Made by a program: the position numbers and the translations under genes. Positions 19,036 to 30,507 of a stretch of 64,000 bases of DNA are shown in pieces. The DNA comes from Longimicrobiales bacterium (lineage in GTDB: Bacteria; Gemmatimonadota; Gemmatimonadetes; Longimicrobiales; Gaopeijiaceae). Where the stretch lies: the NCBI GenBank assembly GCA_963664435.2, contig CAXXKM010000003.1:704001-768000 (forward strand), read 5' to 3'. Every line of letters begins with the position of its first letter. Position 1 is the first letter of the stretch. A model generated the notes under the pieces. The model worked only from the letters and a program-made list of their open reading frames with translations, was not told the DNA's origin and searched no databases.

Positions 19036-21282
19036 GTGGCGGGTGCGGTCGGTTCGGCGGGGGCCGAGAGGTCGGAAGCGCGCAGCCGGCGCTCCGGTCC
19101 GGCACGTCGTCCAACGGCACGCATCGGCCCACCGCGGCGCCCGGCCGCGATCGCGATCTTCGCACCCTTCATTCTTCTCGCTCCCGCGCCGCTGGCCGCC
19201 CAGGCCGGGCCCACCATCCGGGGCGTCGTGGTGGACGACGACGAAGGCACCCCCGTCATGGGCGCGGACGTGCTGGTGCAGTCGACGCCGCTGCGTGCAC
19301 TCACGGGCGAGGACGGCAGCTTCGAGCTGTCGGTGCCGGACGGCGGCACGTACACGCTTTTCGTCATCGCCGACGGCTACGGCAGCGCGGAGGTCACGGC
19401 CGACCCCGCCAGCACCGCGTCCGAGCCGCTCCGCATCCCGCTCGAGCCGCTGCTCTTCGATGTCCCGGGCCTGACCGTCACCGCGAGCCGGACCACGGTG
19501 CGTCCCGGCGACGCGACCGTGAGCGTCGCGATTCTGAGCGGAGAGGAGCTCCAGCGCCGCGACGTCACCAACCTCAGTGAAGCCCTCCCCTTCGCCCAGG
19601 GCGTGACCTTCAACGCGGGCCACATGGATATTCGCGGCTCCAGCGGCATCGCCCGCGGCGTCGGCAGCCGGGTGCTGATGTTGCTGGACGGCCACCGTGC
19701 GCTTACGGGCGTGGAATCGGCGATCGACTACAGCATCCTGCCGCTCCTGGACGTGGATCGCGTCGAGATCGTCAAGGGCCCCAACTCAACCCTGTGGGGC
19801 ACGAACGCCATGGCCGGCGTGGTCAACGTGATCACCCGCCCGCCCCTGGGCCCCCCGCGCACCGCCGTGCGCGGCTACTACGGCTTGTTCGACACCCCGG
19901 GCAACCTGGACTTCACCGACGAGCGCCTGAGCATGCGAGGGCTGCAGATCCAGCATGCGCGGCAGATCGGGGGCGCGGGCGTCACGGTGTTCGCCGGACG
20001 CGAGGGATCCGACGGTTTTCGCCAGAACGGAGGACAGGAGCGCTGGCAGTGGCGGGCCAAGGCCGTGTTCGGAGCCGAGTCGTCAAAGCCGCTGGAGGTG
20101 TTCGTCAGCGGGAAGCGCGAAGACCTGGAGGAATTCTTCACCTGGCTGTCCCCCGAGCGACGTCTCGAGGTGGATCCCGCGGACCTGGGCGACTGGAAGC
20201 GCAGCTCGGATCTCGTCTTCGGGATGACGGCCACTCCGGTCGTGACCTCGACGCTGAAGCTGCAGCTTCGGCCGCAGGTGCAGCGCGTGCGCAACCAGAA
20301 CTACTTCCACGACAACGAGGACTTCCACCGTTCCACGCGCTACGGCACCGACCTGCAGCTCTCGTTCTTCTCCGGCCTGCGGCACGCGGTCACGGTGGGA
20401 GGAGAGGCCTCGCGCACGGATGTGACGTCCAACTTCCTCAGTCCGACGCCGAACGTCACCGATCTGGCGCTCTTCGTCCAGGACGAAATCGGTTTCTCCG
20501 ATCGACTGCGCGGTTCCGCCGGCATCCGGCTCGATTCGCACAAGGCCTCGGTGGTGGAGGGCGACCTGACGCTCAATCCCAAGATCGGGCTCGTCTTCGA
20601 GGCCACTCCGGACATGAGCCTGCGGACATCCCTGAGCCGGGGATACCGGTCGCCCAGCGTCTCCGAGCAGTTCACCAGGACCACCACCTTCGGCTTTCGG
20701 GTCGTGCCGAATCTCGAGTTGCGGGGCGAATCGGCGTGGGCCGGCGAAGTGGGGACCACCGTCGTCCCGAACGAACGGCTCTGGTTCGACGCCGGACTCT
20801 TCTGGAGCGAGTACTCCGGCCTGATCGAGGTGACGGGCGCCCCGAACCAGCCGCTCACCTTCCAGTTCCGCAACGTGGCCGAGGCCCGGGTGCGCGGGCT
20901 CGATGCCGGCGTGCGCGTGGGGGTCGTGCCCCGCAAGCTCAACCTGCACACGAACTACCTCTTCATCGACTCGCGGGATCTCGACACCGGCCGGCCGCTC
21001 GCGTACAGGTCACGCCACAACCTGACGACGACCCTGTCGGGCTGGGCCGATCTGGTGGCGGTGGACGTGCGTCACCGGAGCGAGGCGGAAACCGTTCTCG
21101 CCTATCCTCTCGACGAACGGGGGGCCATCACGCTGCTGGATCTGCGGCTCGCGCTCGAAGTCATGGACATGGATGTGCGGGCGAAGGTGGAGAACCTTCT
21201 GCAGGCGGAGTACGTAGACGTCCAGGAACGCAATCCGGGAGCCACCCGAAGCTTCCGCTTGACCGTGACCTCTCGTTTCTGA
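19036..21282 (+). CDS. TonB-dependent receptor
   Basis: N-terminal carboxypeptidase-like domain, plug motif RVEIVKGPNSTLWGTNAMAGVVNVIT, and terminal Phe. Confidence 0.9.
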   Translation: MAGAVGSAGAERSEARSRRSGPARRPTARIGPPRRPAAIAIFAPFILLAPAPLAAQAGPTIRGVVVDDDEGTPVMGADVLVQSTPLRALTGEDGSFELSVPDGGTYTLFVIADGYGSAEVTADPASTASEPLRIPLEPLLFDVPGLTVTASRTTVRPGDATVSVAILSGEELQRRDVTNLSEALPFAQGVTFNAGHMDIRGSSGIARGVGSRVLMLLDGHRALTGVESAIDYSILPLLDVDRVEIVKGPNSTLWGTNAMAGVVNVITRPPLGPPRTAVRGYYGLFDTPGNLDFTDERLSMRGLQIQHARQIGGAGVTVFAGREGSDGFRQNGGQERWQWRAKAVFGAESSKPLEVFVSGKREDLEEFFTWLSPERRLEVDPADLGDWKRSSDLVFGMTATPVVTSTLKLQLRPQVQRVRNQNYFHDNEDFHRSTRYGTDLQLSFFSGLRHAVTVGGEASRTDVTSNFLSPTPNVTDLALFVQDEIGFSDRLRGSAGIRLDSHKASVVEGDLTLNPKIGLVFEATPDMSLRTSLSRGYRSPSVSEQFTRTTTFGFRVVPNLELRGESAWAGEVGTTVVPNERLWFDAGLFWSEYSGLIEVTGAPNQPLTFQFRNVAEARVRGLDAGVRVGVVPRKLNLHTNYLFIDSRDLDTGRPLAYRSRHNLTTTLSGWADLVAVDVRHRSEAETVLAYPLDERGAITLLDLRLALEVMDMDVRAKVENLLQAEYVDVQERNPGATRSFRLTVTSRF

Positions 21283-21352
21283 GGCGGGCTCCGAGGCAAC
21301 TCCGGGATATGCGCGGGTATCCAACGGATACCACCGTCCAGCGAGGAGACCC

Positions 21353-21808
21353 GTGACCCCATCCGATTCAATCAGCCTGGAGGAGTATGCGGCGGGCGAT
21401 GCCCCCGCGGAGTCGGCGCTCGTCCGGTTCCTTTATCCCGCCCCTGCCGAGCGCAAGGTCGGCAGGATCATCAAGTGGTGGGAGAAGCGGCGCCTGGCCT
21501 ACAACCTGGTGCTCGCCGGGTCCGGGATGGGCACCATCTTCATGGCGCTGCTCACCCTGAACCCCCTCTCGCAGGTAGTGCAGGCGCTCCCGGCGATCCT
21601 GCCCTTCGCGGTCATGGCGAATCTCTGCTACACGCTCGGGTGGATGGTCGAGGGTGTCCTGCACAGGATCTGGGGGCGCAGCCTGCGCCCGGTCGGGCCG
21701 GCGCTGTTCCGGGCGGGGCTCACCCTCGGGGTGGGCGTCGCCTTCGTCATCCCCACGATCGTGCTCATGGTCGCGTTCGTGGTGAGGCTGGTGACGGGGA
21801 ATCTGTAG
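21353..21808 (+). CDS. Hypothetical membrane protein (WWExRR motif)
   Basis: Three hydrophobic segments, WWEKRRLAYN and ANLCYTLG. RBS gaggag. Confidence 0.75.
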   Translation: MTPSDSISLEEYAAGDAPAESALVRFLYPAPAERKVGRIIKWWEKRRLAYNLVLAGSGMGTIFMALLTLNPLSQVVQALPAILPFAVMANLCYTLGWMVEGVLHRIWGRSLRPVGPALFRAGLTLGVGVAFVIPTIVLMVAFVVRLVTGNL

Positions 21809-21858
21809 GGTCGCGCGTAACCGGAGCCTCGCAACGCCTCGGACCTTCGGCTACGCCG

Positions 21859-22272
21859 CTATCTCCCAACGATCTCCAGCAGCTCGATCTCGAAGATCAG
21901 GGTCTCGTTGGGGCCGATCACCGCACCCGCGCCAGCCTCGCCGTACGCCAGCTCCGACGGGATCGTGACGCGGATGTGGCTGCCGACCGACATCAGTTGG
22001 AGCGCCTCGCTGAATCCCTCGATGAGCTCGTTTACCGGGAAGGTGTTGGGCTCGCCCCTGTCATAGGAGGCATCGAACTGGGACCCGTCGGTGAGCGTGC
22101 CCCGGTAGTGGACGACGACCTGGTCGTCAATGGTCGGCATCGGGCCGTCACCCTGTCGCAGCACCTCGTACTGAAGACCGCTGTCGGTAGTGATCACTCC
22201 GGACTCATCTCCCGCGCATGCGACGCCGGTCAGCGCCAGCAGGGCGAGCACACCGCGAAATGGCTTGCGCAT
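21859..22272 (-). CDS. FKBP-type peptidyl-prolyl isomerase (lipoprotein)
   Basis: Motifs SGLQYEVL, VHYRGTL.DG.QFDAS, IPSELAYG and TLIFEIELL. Confidence 0.95.
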   Translation of the reverse strand: MRKPFRGVLALLALTGVACAGDESGVITTDSGLQYEVLRQGDGPMPTIDDQVVVHYRGTLTDGSQFDASYDRGEPNTFPVNELIEGFSEALQLMSVGSHIRVTIPSELAYGEAGAGAVIGPNETLIFEIELLEIVGR

Positions 22273-22367
22273 TCTTGCTCCTTGGATGGTGGACGCGTGC
22301 GCAGGAAGCTAACAGCCCGGTGGCCGCGTCGCGCTCCGGTGGGCGCGGCCGCTCCGGCGCGCCATCG

Positions 22368-23000
22368 CTAGCGCAGGACCCGGCGAAGGAATTGCACGGC
22401 TTCGTCCACGCTCTCGGCAGCCGGTACGGAGGCCGACACGTGCTCCGCCCGGGCGGTGTCTCCCAGCAGGACGAGCGGTCGGCCGTAGCGGATCGCCAAC
22501 TCGACTTCGGAGGCCGTGCCGGAGGATCCCGGAAGGGCGACGACGACGTCGGAGGAGAGGATGTTGATGTGGTTCCGGGAGCGGATGCCGGAACCGTCGT
22601 CGCCGCGGGCGTCGAGGTGGGTGCGGACGGCGAGTTCCACCCAGGGGTTGGGATAGCCGGGGGGAGTTCCCGGATCCGCAGCGGCGTGACTCGGATTCGC
22701 CTCGGTCCGACTCACGGATGCATCACTCCGACTCGGATCTGTATCGGCTCGGTCGGGGCGTGCATCGCCCGCCGGAAGCACTCCGACAACCAGCCCCTCG
22801 CGCCCGGATACCTCCGAGAACGCCTTCGACACGGCCTCCATGACGCCGCGTCCACCGCCGGTCAGCAGATGCACGCTCATCCGCGCCAGGGCGCGCCCGA
22901 GCGGCTCGGCGAGATGGGCGTGCGGCGCGGAGCCGGACCCCATGACCCCGACCACGGGGAGGCGGCGACGCGCTTCGCCGGGCCCTGGCGCGTTGCTCAA
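22368..23000 (-). CDS. LOG/SLOG family (TIGR00725/MoCo-carrier-like) protein
   Basis: Motifs VVGVMGSG, LLTGGGRGVMEA, RNHINILSSD and LPGSSGTASE. TTG start at 23000. Confidence 0.8.
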   Translation of the reverse strand: MSNAPGPGEARRRLPVVGVMGSGSAPHAHLAEPLGRALARMSVHLLTGGGRGVMEAVSKAFSEVSGREGLVVGVLPAGDARPDRADTDPSRSDASVSRTEANPSHAAADPGTPPGYPNPWVELAVRTHLDARGDDGSGIRSRNHINILSSDVVVALPGSSGTASEVELAIRYGRPLVLLGDTARAEHVSASVPAAESVDEAVQFLRRVLR

Positions 23001-23008
23001 CTCACCCG

Positions 23009-23833
23009 CTACCTGAGCAGAATGAACCGGCGATGGAGCGGCTGGACCGGACGCGCGTTCATCGGATAAAGGGCCGCGAAGGCGTCGACCTGCCCCTGCG
23101 ACACGGCGATGGACTCGCTCATCACCACCCAGCTGACAACCTCGGAGCAGGGCGGCGTGGTGAGGGAGCCGGCGTAGCGGAAGTAGGCGCGCCCTCCGGG
23201 GAGGAACGCGTTCGGGTCGATGCCGGCGAGGGGCGCAGGCGCCTCGTCGACGCCGGGTATGGCATCCCATATGGCCTGTGTGGCTGCATGGGCGCCGCCG
23301 GCATCCATGAAGACCCCGATAACCGCGAGGTCGCCCTCCTCGGCCTGGTGCACGAAATGCACCTCCATCGGGTAGGCCCCGCCGTCGACCGTGTGCTCGC
23401 TCGGCAGATGGAAGTGGAACTGGAGGAGCGAGAACTGCCTGCCCTCGAGGATGATGGAACTCCCGGCCCCCATGTTGACCTGGATGGTGTGCCCGTTGTC
23501 GACCACCTCCCCGTCCGTGGGCTGCCACTGGATTTCGAGCCCGCCGCCGCCCGCCGGAATCGCGCCCGCCAGGTCGATCGGCGACTGCTGAACTCCGGTG
23601 TCGCAGACGGCGAACGACGGGTCGAGCCCGCCCCACCGGTCCGGGCCGGTGTCGCCTTCGTAGCTCCAGTGAACCTCGCCGCCGTCCGCCTCGTGCGCCT
23701 GCTCTGCGTCCATTTGCTCCTCCGCGTCCGCCTGACCCGGCGCATTCGCCTGGCAGGCGTATTGGGCGCCGGCGAGGCAGGCCATCGCGAAGCCGGCGGC
23801 GAGTGTCCTCGGGAATGAATGATGATGACTCAT
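23009..23833 (-). CDS. Alpha-class carbonic anhydrase
   Basis: Motifs HWSYEG..GP..WG, QSPID, QFHFHLPSEH, EVHFVH and GSLTTPPCSE. Confidence 0.95.
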   Translation of the reverse strand: MSHHHSFPRTLAAGFAMACLAGAQYACQANAPGQADAEEQMDAEQAHEADGGEVHWSYEGDTGPDRWGGLDPSFAVCDTGVQQSPIDLAGAIPAGGGGLEIQWQPTDGEVVDNGHTIQVNMGAGSSIILEGRQFSLLQFHFHLPSEHTVDGGAYPMEVHFVHQAEEGDLAVIGVFMDAGGAHAATQAIWDAIPGVDEAPAPLAGIDPNAFLPGGRAYFRYAGSLTTPPCSEVVSWVVMSESIAVSQGQVDAFAALYPMNARPVQPLHRRFILLR

Positions 23834-24080
23834 GGGTTCCTCCGTGCTGTCTTCGCCGAAGCCGATCTGCGACAGGCCGATTCTACTGCCGAGCGGGTCG
23901 CCGGTCCAACCCAAAAGCGTATTATGGATGGTCGAACGAGACGGAATTCACGCCCGGGCCCTCCATGCGACGGACTCCAAGGAACACGAGTGAATCCGGT
24001 ACCGGACGGGTGGGATCCGACCGCGCCGGGCGCAATGATGCAGGGACGGGCGGCCGGGACGGCGGCACCCCGGGACTGCA

Positions 24081-25388
<1,308 letters not shown>

Positions 25389-26214
25389 CGGCGAGCGGAC
25401 TCGAAGACCTGGCTCGCGCTCCGCACCTTCGGCTCCGCCTCCAGCAGCCGGGCGAGCACGCCCGTCACGTTGGCCACCGCGAAGCTGATGCCGCCCAGGT
25501 TGCGCGCGGGAGAGACGCCGGGGATCGGCCGCGGAAAACCCGAGGCGAGGAACGCCGGGGCTCCCCGGTGGTCGGTCCGCACCCGCACTGAATGGCGGGG
25601 ACAGCTCCAGTCCAGCAGCACGCCGATGGCGCCGGGGATCGATCCGGGAAGCCAGCGCACGCCTTCGCCCTCCGGCGTTCCCTCCTCTCCCGTTCGGCCA
25701 CCGCCGGAGCGTGCCGACACGACGAGCGATCCGGCATCCGCAGCGCCCGCCACCGCCTCGGCGAGCCTGACTTCATGCGCCGGATTCGTCGTCCCCAGGC
25801 TGAGGTTGATGAGCCGCGCCTCGTGCTCCGCCGCCCATTCGATGGCCCGCACCAGGGCGCCGCAACTGGTCGCCAGGCGGTCGCCGAAGACCTTCACGGC
25901 GAACAACTCGGCTCCGGGCGCCTTCTCCCTGATGGCGGCGGCGACGGCCGTTCCGTGGCCGAGCCGGTCGAGGTAGTCGTCGGCTTCCGTCTCGTCCCGC
26001 CCGATCGCCACCCCGCCCGCGACGCCACCCACATGCGGATGCAGCGAGTGAACCCCGCTGTCCACCACCGCGATGCGGATGCCCTCGCCCCTCCGCTCCG
26101 CCAGGGCGGCATCGTCCAGCCGCAGTTCGCGGTGTTCCCATTCTTCCATTCGTGACATGAGGTCGATGATATGGAGTTGAAGCGCCCGCGACCACACAAG
26201 CTGACGGAAACACC

Positions 26215-26252
26215 TTGACATGTTAGTCACATGAAACCATGCTGTTCACATG
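26215..26252 (+). promoter_or_regulatory. Sigma70-like promoter of vapBC with ACATG operator-like sites (likely leaderless mRNA)
   Basis: TTGACA (26215-20), 17 nt, CATGCT (26238-43), 6 nt, then ATG at 26250. Repeated ACATG(T) sites overlap it. Confidence 0.6.
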
Positions 26253-26480
26253 TACAAGATGCTTCAGATTCGGAATGTCCCCGACAGCCTCCACCGTCGG
26301 CTCAAGGCTCGCGCCGCACATCTCGGTATGTCCATGTCCGACTACGTGCTCTGCGAGATCGAACGACTACTCGAGAAGCCGACGCGCGAGGAACTGTTCG
26401 CCAGGATCGCCCAGCTGCCGCCCATTGAACTCGATCCCCCTCCGAGCGACGTCCTGCGAGAGGAGCGGGAAAGCCGTTAG
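26250..26480 (+). CDS. vapB: Ribbon-helix-helix antitoxin (FitA/VapB-like)
   Basis: MLQIRNVPDSLHRRLKARAA..GMSMSDY, directly upstream of a PIN toxin. Confidence 0.85.
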   Translation: MYKMLQIRNVPDSLHRRLKARAAHLGMSMSDYVLCEIERLLEKPTREELFARIAQLPPIELDPPPSDVLREERESR

Positions 26481-26486
26481 CTCGAC

Positions 26487-26918
26487 GTGATCGCCGTCCT
26501 GGACGCCTCCGCGGTCATCGAGCTTGTGCTCGGAACCCGGTCGGGGATGGAGATTCTAAGGCGAGTCTCCCATCCGCAGCTCTCGCTGCACAGTCCCGAG
26601 CTCGTGGACATCGAGGTCCTCAACACGCTCCGCCGGTACGAACTGGCAGACATCGTCCCGCCCGATCGCGTTGCCCAGGCCATCGACAATCTGAGCGATC
26701 TCGATATGCGCCGGCACCCGCATGGACCGATCATCCCGAGAATCTGGTCCTGGCGATACAACCTGACGTCGTACGATGCGGCATACGTAACGCTCGCCGA
26801 AGGCCTCGATGCCCCCCTGCTTACAACGGATGCCCGTCTGGGCAGAGCGCCGCGGCTTCCGGTTCGGGTGGAGGTGTTCGCTCGCTTCCGGCCTCCTCGC
26901 TCGACGGACCGTCGCTAA
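26487..26918 (+). CDS. vapC: PIN-domain toxin VapC
   Basis: Motifs VLDASA, EVLNTLRR and NLTSYDAAYVTLAE...LLTTDARL. Confidence 0.92.
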   Translation: MIAVLDASAVIELVLGTRSGMEILRRVSHPQLSLHSPELVDIEVLNTLRRYELADIVPPDRVAQAIDNLSDLDMRRHPHGPIIPRIWSWRYNLTSYDAAYVTLAEGLDAPLLTTDARLGRAPRLPVRVEVFARFRPPRSTDRR

Positions 26919-26933
26919 CCCCCCTCCCCCCCG
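26915..26933. repeat. 19-bp direct repeat, copy 1 (CTAACCCCCCTCCCCCCCG)
   Basis: Identical to 28662-28680, the 3' end of qhpF. Confidence 0.9.
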
Positions 26934-26982
26934 CCCCGCATCACCGCCTGGCAGCCCGCAGCCCACGACGGCGACCCCGACT

Positions 26983-28263
26983 TCAGGCATCGAGACTGGC
27001 CAGGCACGCCCCGGCGCGGGCGAGGACCGCGTCCTCCAACGCGGGAACGACCGGGTGATCCAGGCCTTGGCAGCGGGCGGCCGTGACGACACTGCGAAAG
27101 CAGTCCGGGATCTCCGCAGCCAGCGATCTGCACATGTCCAGCACTTCATCTCGTGCCAGCGCCGCCTCCTTGGCGAACCGCTCCCAGTGTCTCGCTCGAA
27201 TGTAACCGAGCCGAGCCTCGCCGCCGATCGTGGTCGCCATCTTGAGCCTTGGCGCATAGTGGCCAGGATAGGGTAGCAGACTCGCGACATCGTAGAGGGG
27301 AGCCAGAGACCCGTGCCCGCTCGGCCCGATCAGCATGGAGAAGTTCTTGGCGTGCGCATCGGTACCGCCGATGATCCAGTTCAGTGCAATGGCCCGCGCG
27401 AAGGTACGCGCATCGCGGCCGGGCCGGCGGGAATGTGTCCGAATCGCATCGATAATCAGTCCGCACCCCGGGCCCCCGTCGCTCTGGTATTTCCTGGTCG
27501 GCGGGATTCCCAGCGTCTGGCACAGGTCCTCCTGGTGCACCCGAGCCAGGCGATCAGGGGTAGTGATGCGGTCGTACCTCTCGACGACGATCGCGGTCTC
27601 GTCCCCGAAACGGGCCACCCGCGACCGGGCCGCCGGCAGTCCGAGCGCGCGGGCCAGGGTAAGACACAGGTGTTCGTTCTCGCAGTGGCCCGGGAAGCCG
27701 GGGATCGGCGGCTTCAGGATGTGCGTGGTGGGCGTTGACCCGCGCGGGACGCCCCATCTCCCATCCTTCAGGAGCAACGCCGTCTTGGATTGTGCCCCGG
27801 CAAGGCTGAATTGGCCCCCGTCGCCCGGCAGCCGCCACGCACTGCCGTCCTCGCCCAATGCGCCGAGGCGCTCCCCAACCTGCGCCTCGGTCAGCCACTC
27901 CACCGGTTCGGCTTCGCCGCCTAGCAGCCGCTCAACGCGATCAGGCCGGGCGAACTGGACTCCCCCCGGACAGTCCTCCCCGGTCGCACCCAGCAATGCA
28001 AACGCGCTGCGCGCCGATACCTGGAATTTGCGACCCCAGCGCGCGAGGACATTCTCGTTGTCGGGCAACAATCCCCACAGCCACGGTTCGATCTTGTCGT
28101 GACCGTGTTCTGCGGCCGCGAGGGGCATCGACAGGGACAACGGATATGCGTTCTCCGCCAGCCGCCAGCCGGCGTCGTACGCGAAGGAGAGTCGGCCCCC
28201 AGCCTGCCGCGTGACGTACCCCATGACGCGTTGGCTCGCCACCGCGACGAGCCGCTCGGTCAC
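26983..28263 (-). CDS. hipA: HipA family Ser/Thr kinase toxin
   Basis: Motifs LSLSMPL, GLLPDN, SLAGAQSK, THILKP, HQEDLCQ, DAHAKNFS and LAPLYDV. Confidence 0.95.
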   Translation of the reverse strand: MTERLVAVASQRVMGYVTRQAGGRLSFAYDAGWRLAENAYPLSLSMPLAAAEHGHDKIEPWLWGLLPDNENVLARWGRKFQVSARSAFALLGATGEDCPGGVQFARPDRVERLLGGEAEPVEWLTEAQVGERLGALGEDGSAWRLPGDGGQFSLAGAQSKTALLLKDGRWGVPRGSTPTTHILKPPIPGFPGHCENEHLCLTLARALGLPAARSRVARFGDETAIVVERYDRITTPDRLARVHQEDLCQTLGIPPTRKYQSDGGPGCGLIIDAIRTHSRRPGRDARTFARAIALNWIIGGTDAHAKNFSMLIGPSGHGSLAPLYDVASLLPYPGHYAPRLKMATTIGGEARLGYIRARHWERFAKEAALARDEVLDMCRSLAAEIPDCFRSVVTAARCQGLDHPVVPALEDAVLARAGACLASLDA

Positions 28264-28556
28264 GGCTGCGCTCGTCGGTGCGCTTCCACAACCGCGTCGA
28301 TATCGCCAGCCTCGATCGGGGCATCGCCGGTCGAGACATCGGGGATGCCCTCGCCCCGGATCGACAGTGACAGGTCGAGTGCCGCGAGGGTCTGGAGCAC
28401 CTTGCCCAGCTCGGCACGCGGCTTTCCTGCCTCAATTGCGACAATCCATTGGCGGCCAACGCCCGCAGCGTGCGCGAGCTGGTGCTGGGTCATGCGGCGG
28501 GTGCGCCTGGATTCGCGGATCATCAAGCCGACATCGACGGGTGTGCGGACGAACAT
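28260..28556 (-). CDS. hipB: HipB-like HTH antitoxin
   Basis: XRE-type HTH MTQHQLAHAAGVGRQWIVAIEAGKP. GTGA overlap with hipA. Confidence 0.9.
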   Translation of the reverse strand: MFVRTPVDVGLMIRESRRTRRMTQHQLAHAAGVGRQWIVAIEAGKPRAELGKVLQTLAALDLSLSIRGEGIPDVSTGDAPIEAGDIDAVVEAHRRAQP

Positions 28557-28590
28557 CGGGTTTCTCGGGTTGCGGTTGCTCGCCAACCAG

Positions 28591-28663
28591 TGTATCCGTT
28601 CGCCGACATTATTGCAATGTCACCGAGCGGCGACATTCGGCTGAATGACCGCGAACGGCGACT
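28591..28663. promoter_or_regulatory. Three 18-bp imperfect palindromes, putative HipB operators
   Basis: TGTATCCGTTCGCCGACA (28591), TGTCACCGAGCGGCGACA (28618) and TGACCGCGAACGGCGACT (28646), directly upstream of hipB. Confidence 0.65.
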
Positions 28664-28680
28664 AACCCCCCTCCCCCCCG
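28662..28680. repeat. 19-bp direct repeat, copy 2
   Basis: Identical to 26915-26933 and includes the qhpF stop codon. Confidence 0.9.
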
Positions 28681-30383
28681 AACAACCGGGCGAAGCTTCC
28701 GCCCCGCCGAAGCAGCTCCGAGGCCGTGCCTTCCTCCACGATGCGGCCGCGCTCCAGCACCACCACCCGATCGGCCCGCCGGGCGAGCGCAAGCCGGTGG
28801 GACACCAGGATCGTCGTGCGGCTCCGCATCACGGCCTGGTAGCCCTCCATGAGCGCGCGCTCCGAGGCCGGGTCGAGCGACGCGGTGGGCTCGTCGAGCA
28901 CCAGCACCCGCGGGTCGGCCAGGAAGGCGCGCGCGACCGCGACCCGCTGGCGCTGCCCCGCCGACAGTTCCCGCCCCTGCTCCCCGACCTGCGTCTCCAG
29001 GCCGTCCGGCAGGGTGGCGAGGAAGGCGTCCAGCCCCACCGCGCGCGCGGCCGCCTCAACCTCCCCGTCCGACGCCCCCGGCCGGCCGTAACGGATGTTG
29101 TCCGCGATAGTGGTGTTGAACAGAAAGGGCTCCTGCTCCACCGGCACCACGGCCGCACGCACGTCCTCGAGCCGCAGCACGCGCAGGTCGCGGCCCCCCA
29201 GCCGGATCCGGCCGGCGTCCGGATCAAGCTGCCGCGACAGCAGGTCCACGATGGTGGACTTCCCGCTCCCGCTCGCGCCCACGACCGCCACCACCTCCCC
29301 TTCCGCCACCGCCAGGTCGACCCCGTCCAGCACCGGCTCCCCGCGCCCGAACGAAAAGCTCACCTCCTCCAGCCTGAGCTCCCCGCCCAGCCCCGCCGCG
29401 CTCTCCGGCCGCTCCGGGTCCCGCACGTGCACCGGGCTGTCCAGAATCACATGGACGCGCCCGAGCGAGACCCGCGCCGTCGCCAGGCTCGCATAAAGCC
29501 CCATCAATCCCTGGATGGGCCCGAGCAGCCGCATCTGATAGGCCATGAAGGCGACGAACGTCCCCATCGTGATCACCTCCGTGATCACCCTCTGGCCCCC
29601 GTACAGGAAGACGGCCGCGACCCCACCGGCCAGAATCAGCCCGGGCAGCCCGCCCGCGAGATAGGTCAGCAGCCGCATCGACATCAGCGTGCGGATGAAG
29701 CCGTCGTTCTTCTTCCGGAAGCGACGCTGCTCCCGGCTCTGCGCGTTCGACGCCACGGTCAGCTTGAGGCCGAGGATGGTCTCGATCAGGAAGCTGCCGA
29801 TCTCGGCGCTCCGCTCCCGCAACTCGCCGGTGATGCGCTCGAGACGCCTCCGATAGCGCACCAGCGCCCACAGGCAGGGCGGCAGGACCGCCAGGCTCAC
29901 CAGAAACAGCCGCGCGTCCAGCCAGATCAGCATGGCCACCGTTCCCACCAGGTAAGCGCCGTTCATCAGCCACGCCAACAGGCTCTCGGAGACCACGCGC
30001 TGGATCTCGCCGATGTCGTTGTTGATGCGCGACATGATGTCCCCGATCGGGGTGCGCGCGTAAAAGCGGGGCGAGAGGCGCTGCAGGTGCCGGTAGAGCG
30101 CCAGTCGCATGTCGAAGAGGATGTCCGCCGAAGTGCGCGTGTAGCGCATCCCCGCCACCACGTTCAGCCCGAAGGAGAGCACCGTGATCCCCGCGAACAG
30201 CGCCACGATGCGGGTGAGCGCGGCCGTGTCCCGCCCCAGGAGCGCGGTGTCCACCAGGTCCTTCGAGAGGTAGGGGATGAAGAGCGAGAGCACGGTGCCC
30301 GTCAGGCTCACCGCGAGCACCAGCACCAGCCACTTCGCGTAGGGGCGGACGAAGCCGAGGGCCCAGCGGACCTCGCGGCCGAT
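28662..30383 (-). CDS. qhpF: ABC exporter (fused TM + ATPase), QhpF-like; start uncertain
   Basis: GASGSGKST, LSAGQRQR and LVLDEPTASLD. Transporter-like sequence continues upstream of GTG 30326 (IGREVRWALGFVRPY). Follows qhpB. Confidence 0.8.
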   Translation of the reverse strand: MGREVRWALGFVRPYAKWLVLVLAVSLTGTVLSLFIPYLSKDLVDTALLGRDTAALTRIVALFAGITVLSFGLNVVAGMRYTRTSADILFDMRLALYRHLQRLSPRFYARTPIGDIMSRINNDIGEIQRVVSESLLAWLMNGAYLVGTVAMLIWLDARLFLVSLAVLPPCLWALVRYRRRLERITGELRERSAEIGSFLIETILGLKLTVASNAQSREQRRFRKKNDGFIRTLMSMRLLTYLAGGLPGLILAGGVAAVFLYGGQRVITEVITMGTFVAFMAYQMRLLGPIQGLMGLYASLATARVSLGRVHVILDSPVHVRDPERPESAAGLGGELRLEEVSFSFGRGEPVLDGVDLAVAEGEVVAVVGASGSGKSTIVDLLSRQLDPDAGRIRLGGRDLRVLRLEDVRAAVVPVEQEPFLFNTTIADNIRYGRPGASDGEVEAAARAVGLDAFLATLPDGLETQVGEQGRELSAGQRQRVAVARAFLADPRVLVLDEPTASLDPASERALMEGYQAVMRSRTTILVSHRLALARRADRVVVLERGRIVEEGTASELLRRGGSFARLFGGEGG

Positions 30384-30507
30384 CAGTGCTCCCGAGAGAT
30401 GCCTCCCGGGGCCCGCAGGGGAGGAGTCGGACCCGGCTTGGGGAGGCCGCCCGCCACCCGGCGTCCGGACGGCGGACTCGTTGCGGGCGCGCCCGGAAGC
30501 CCCGACC

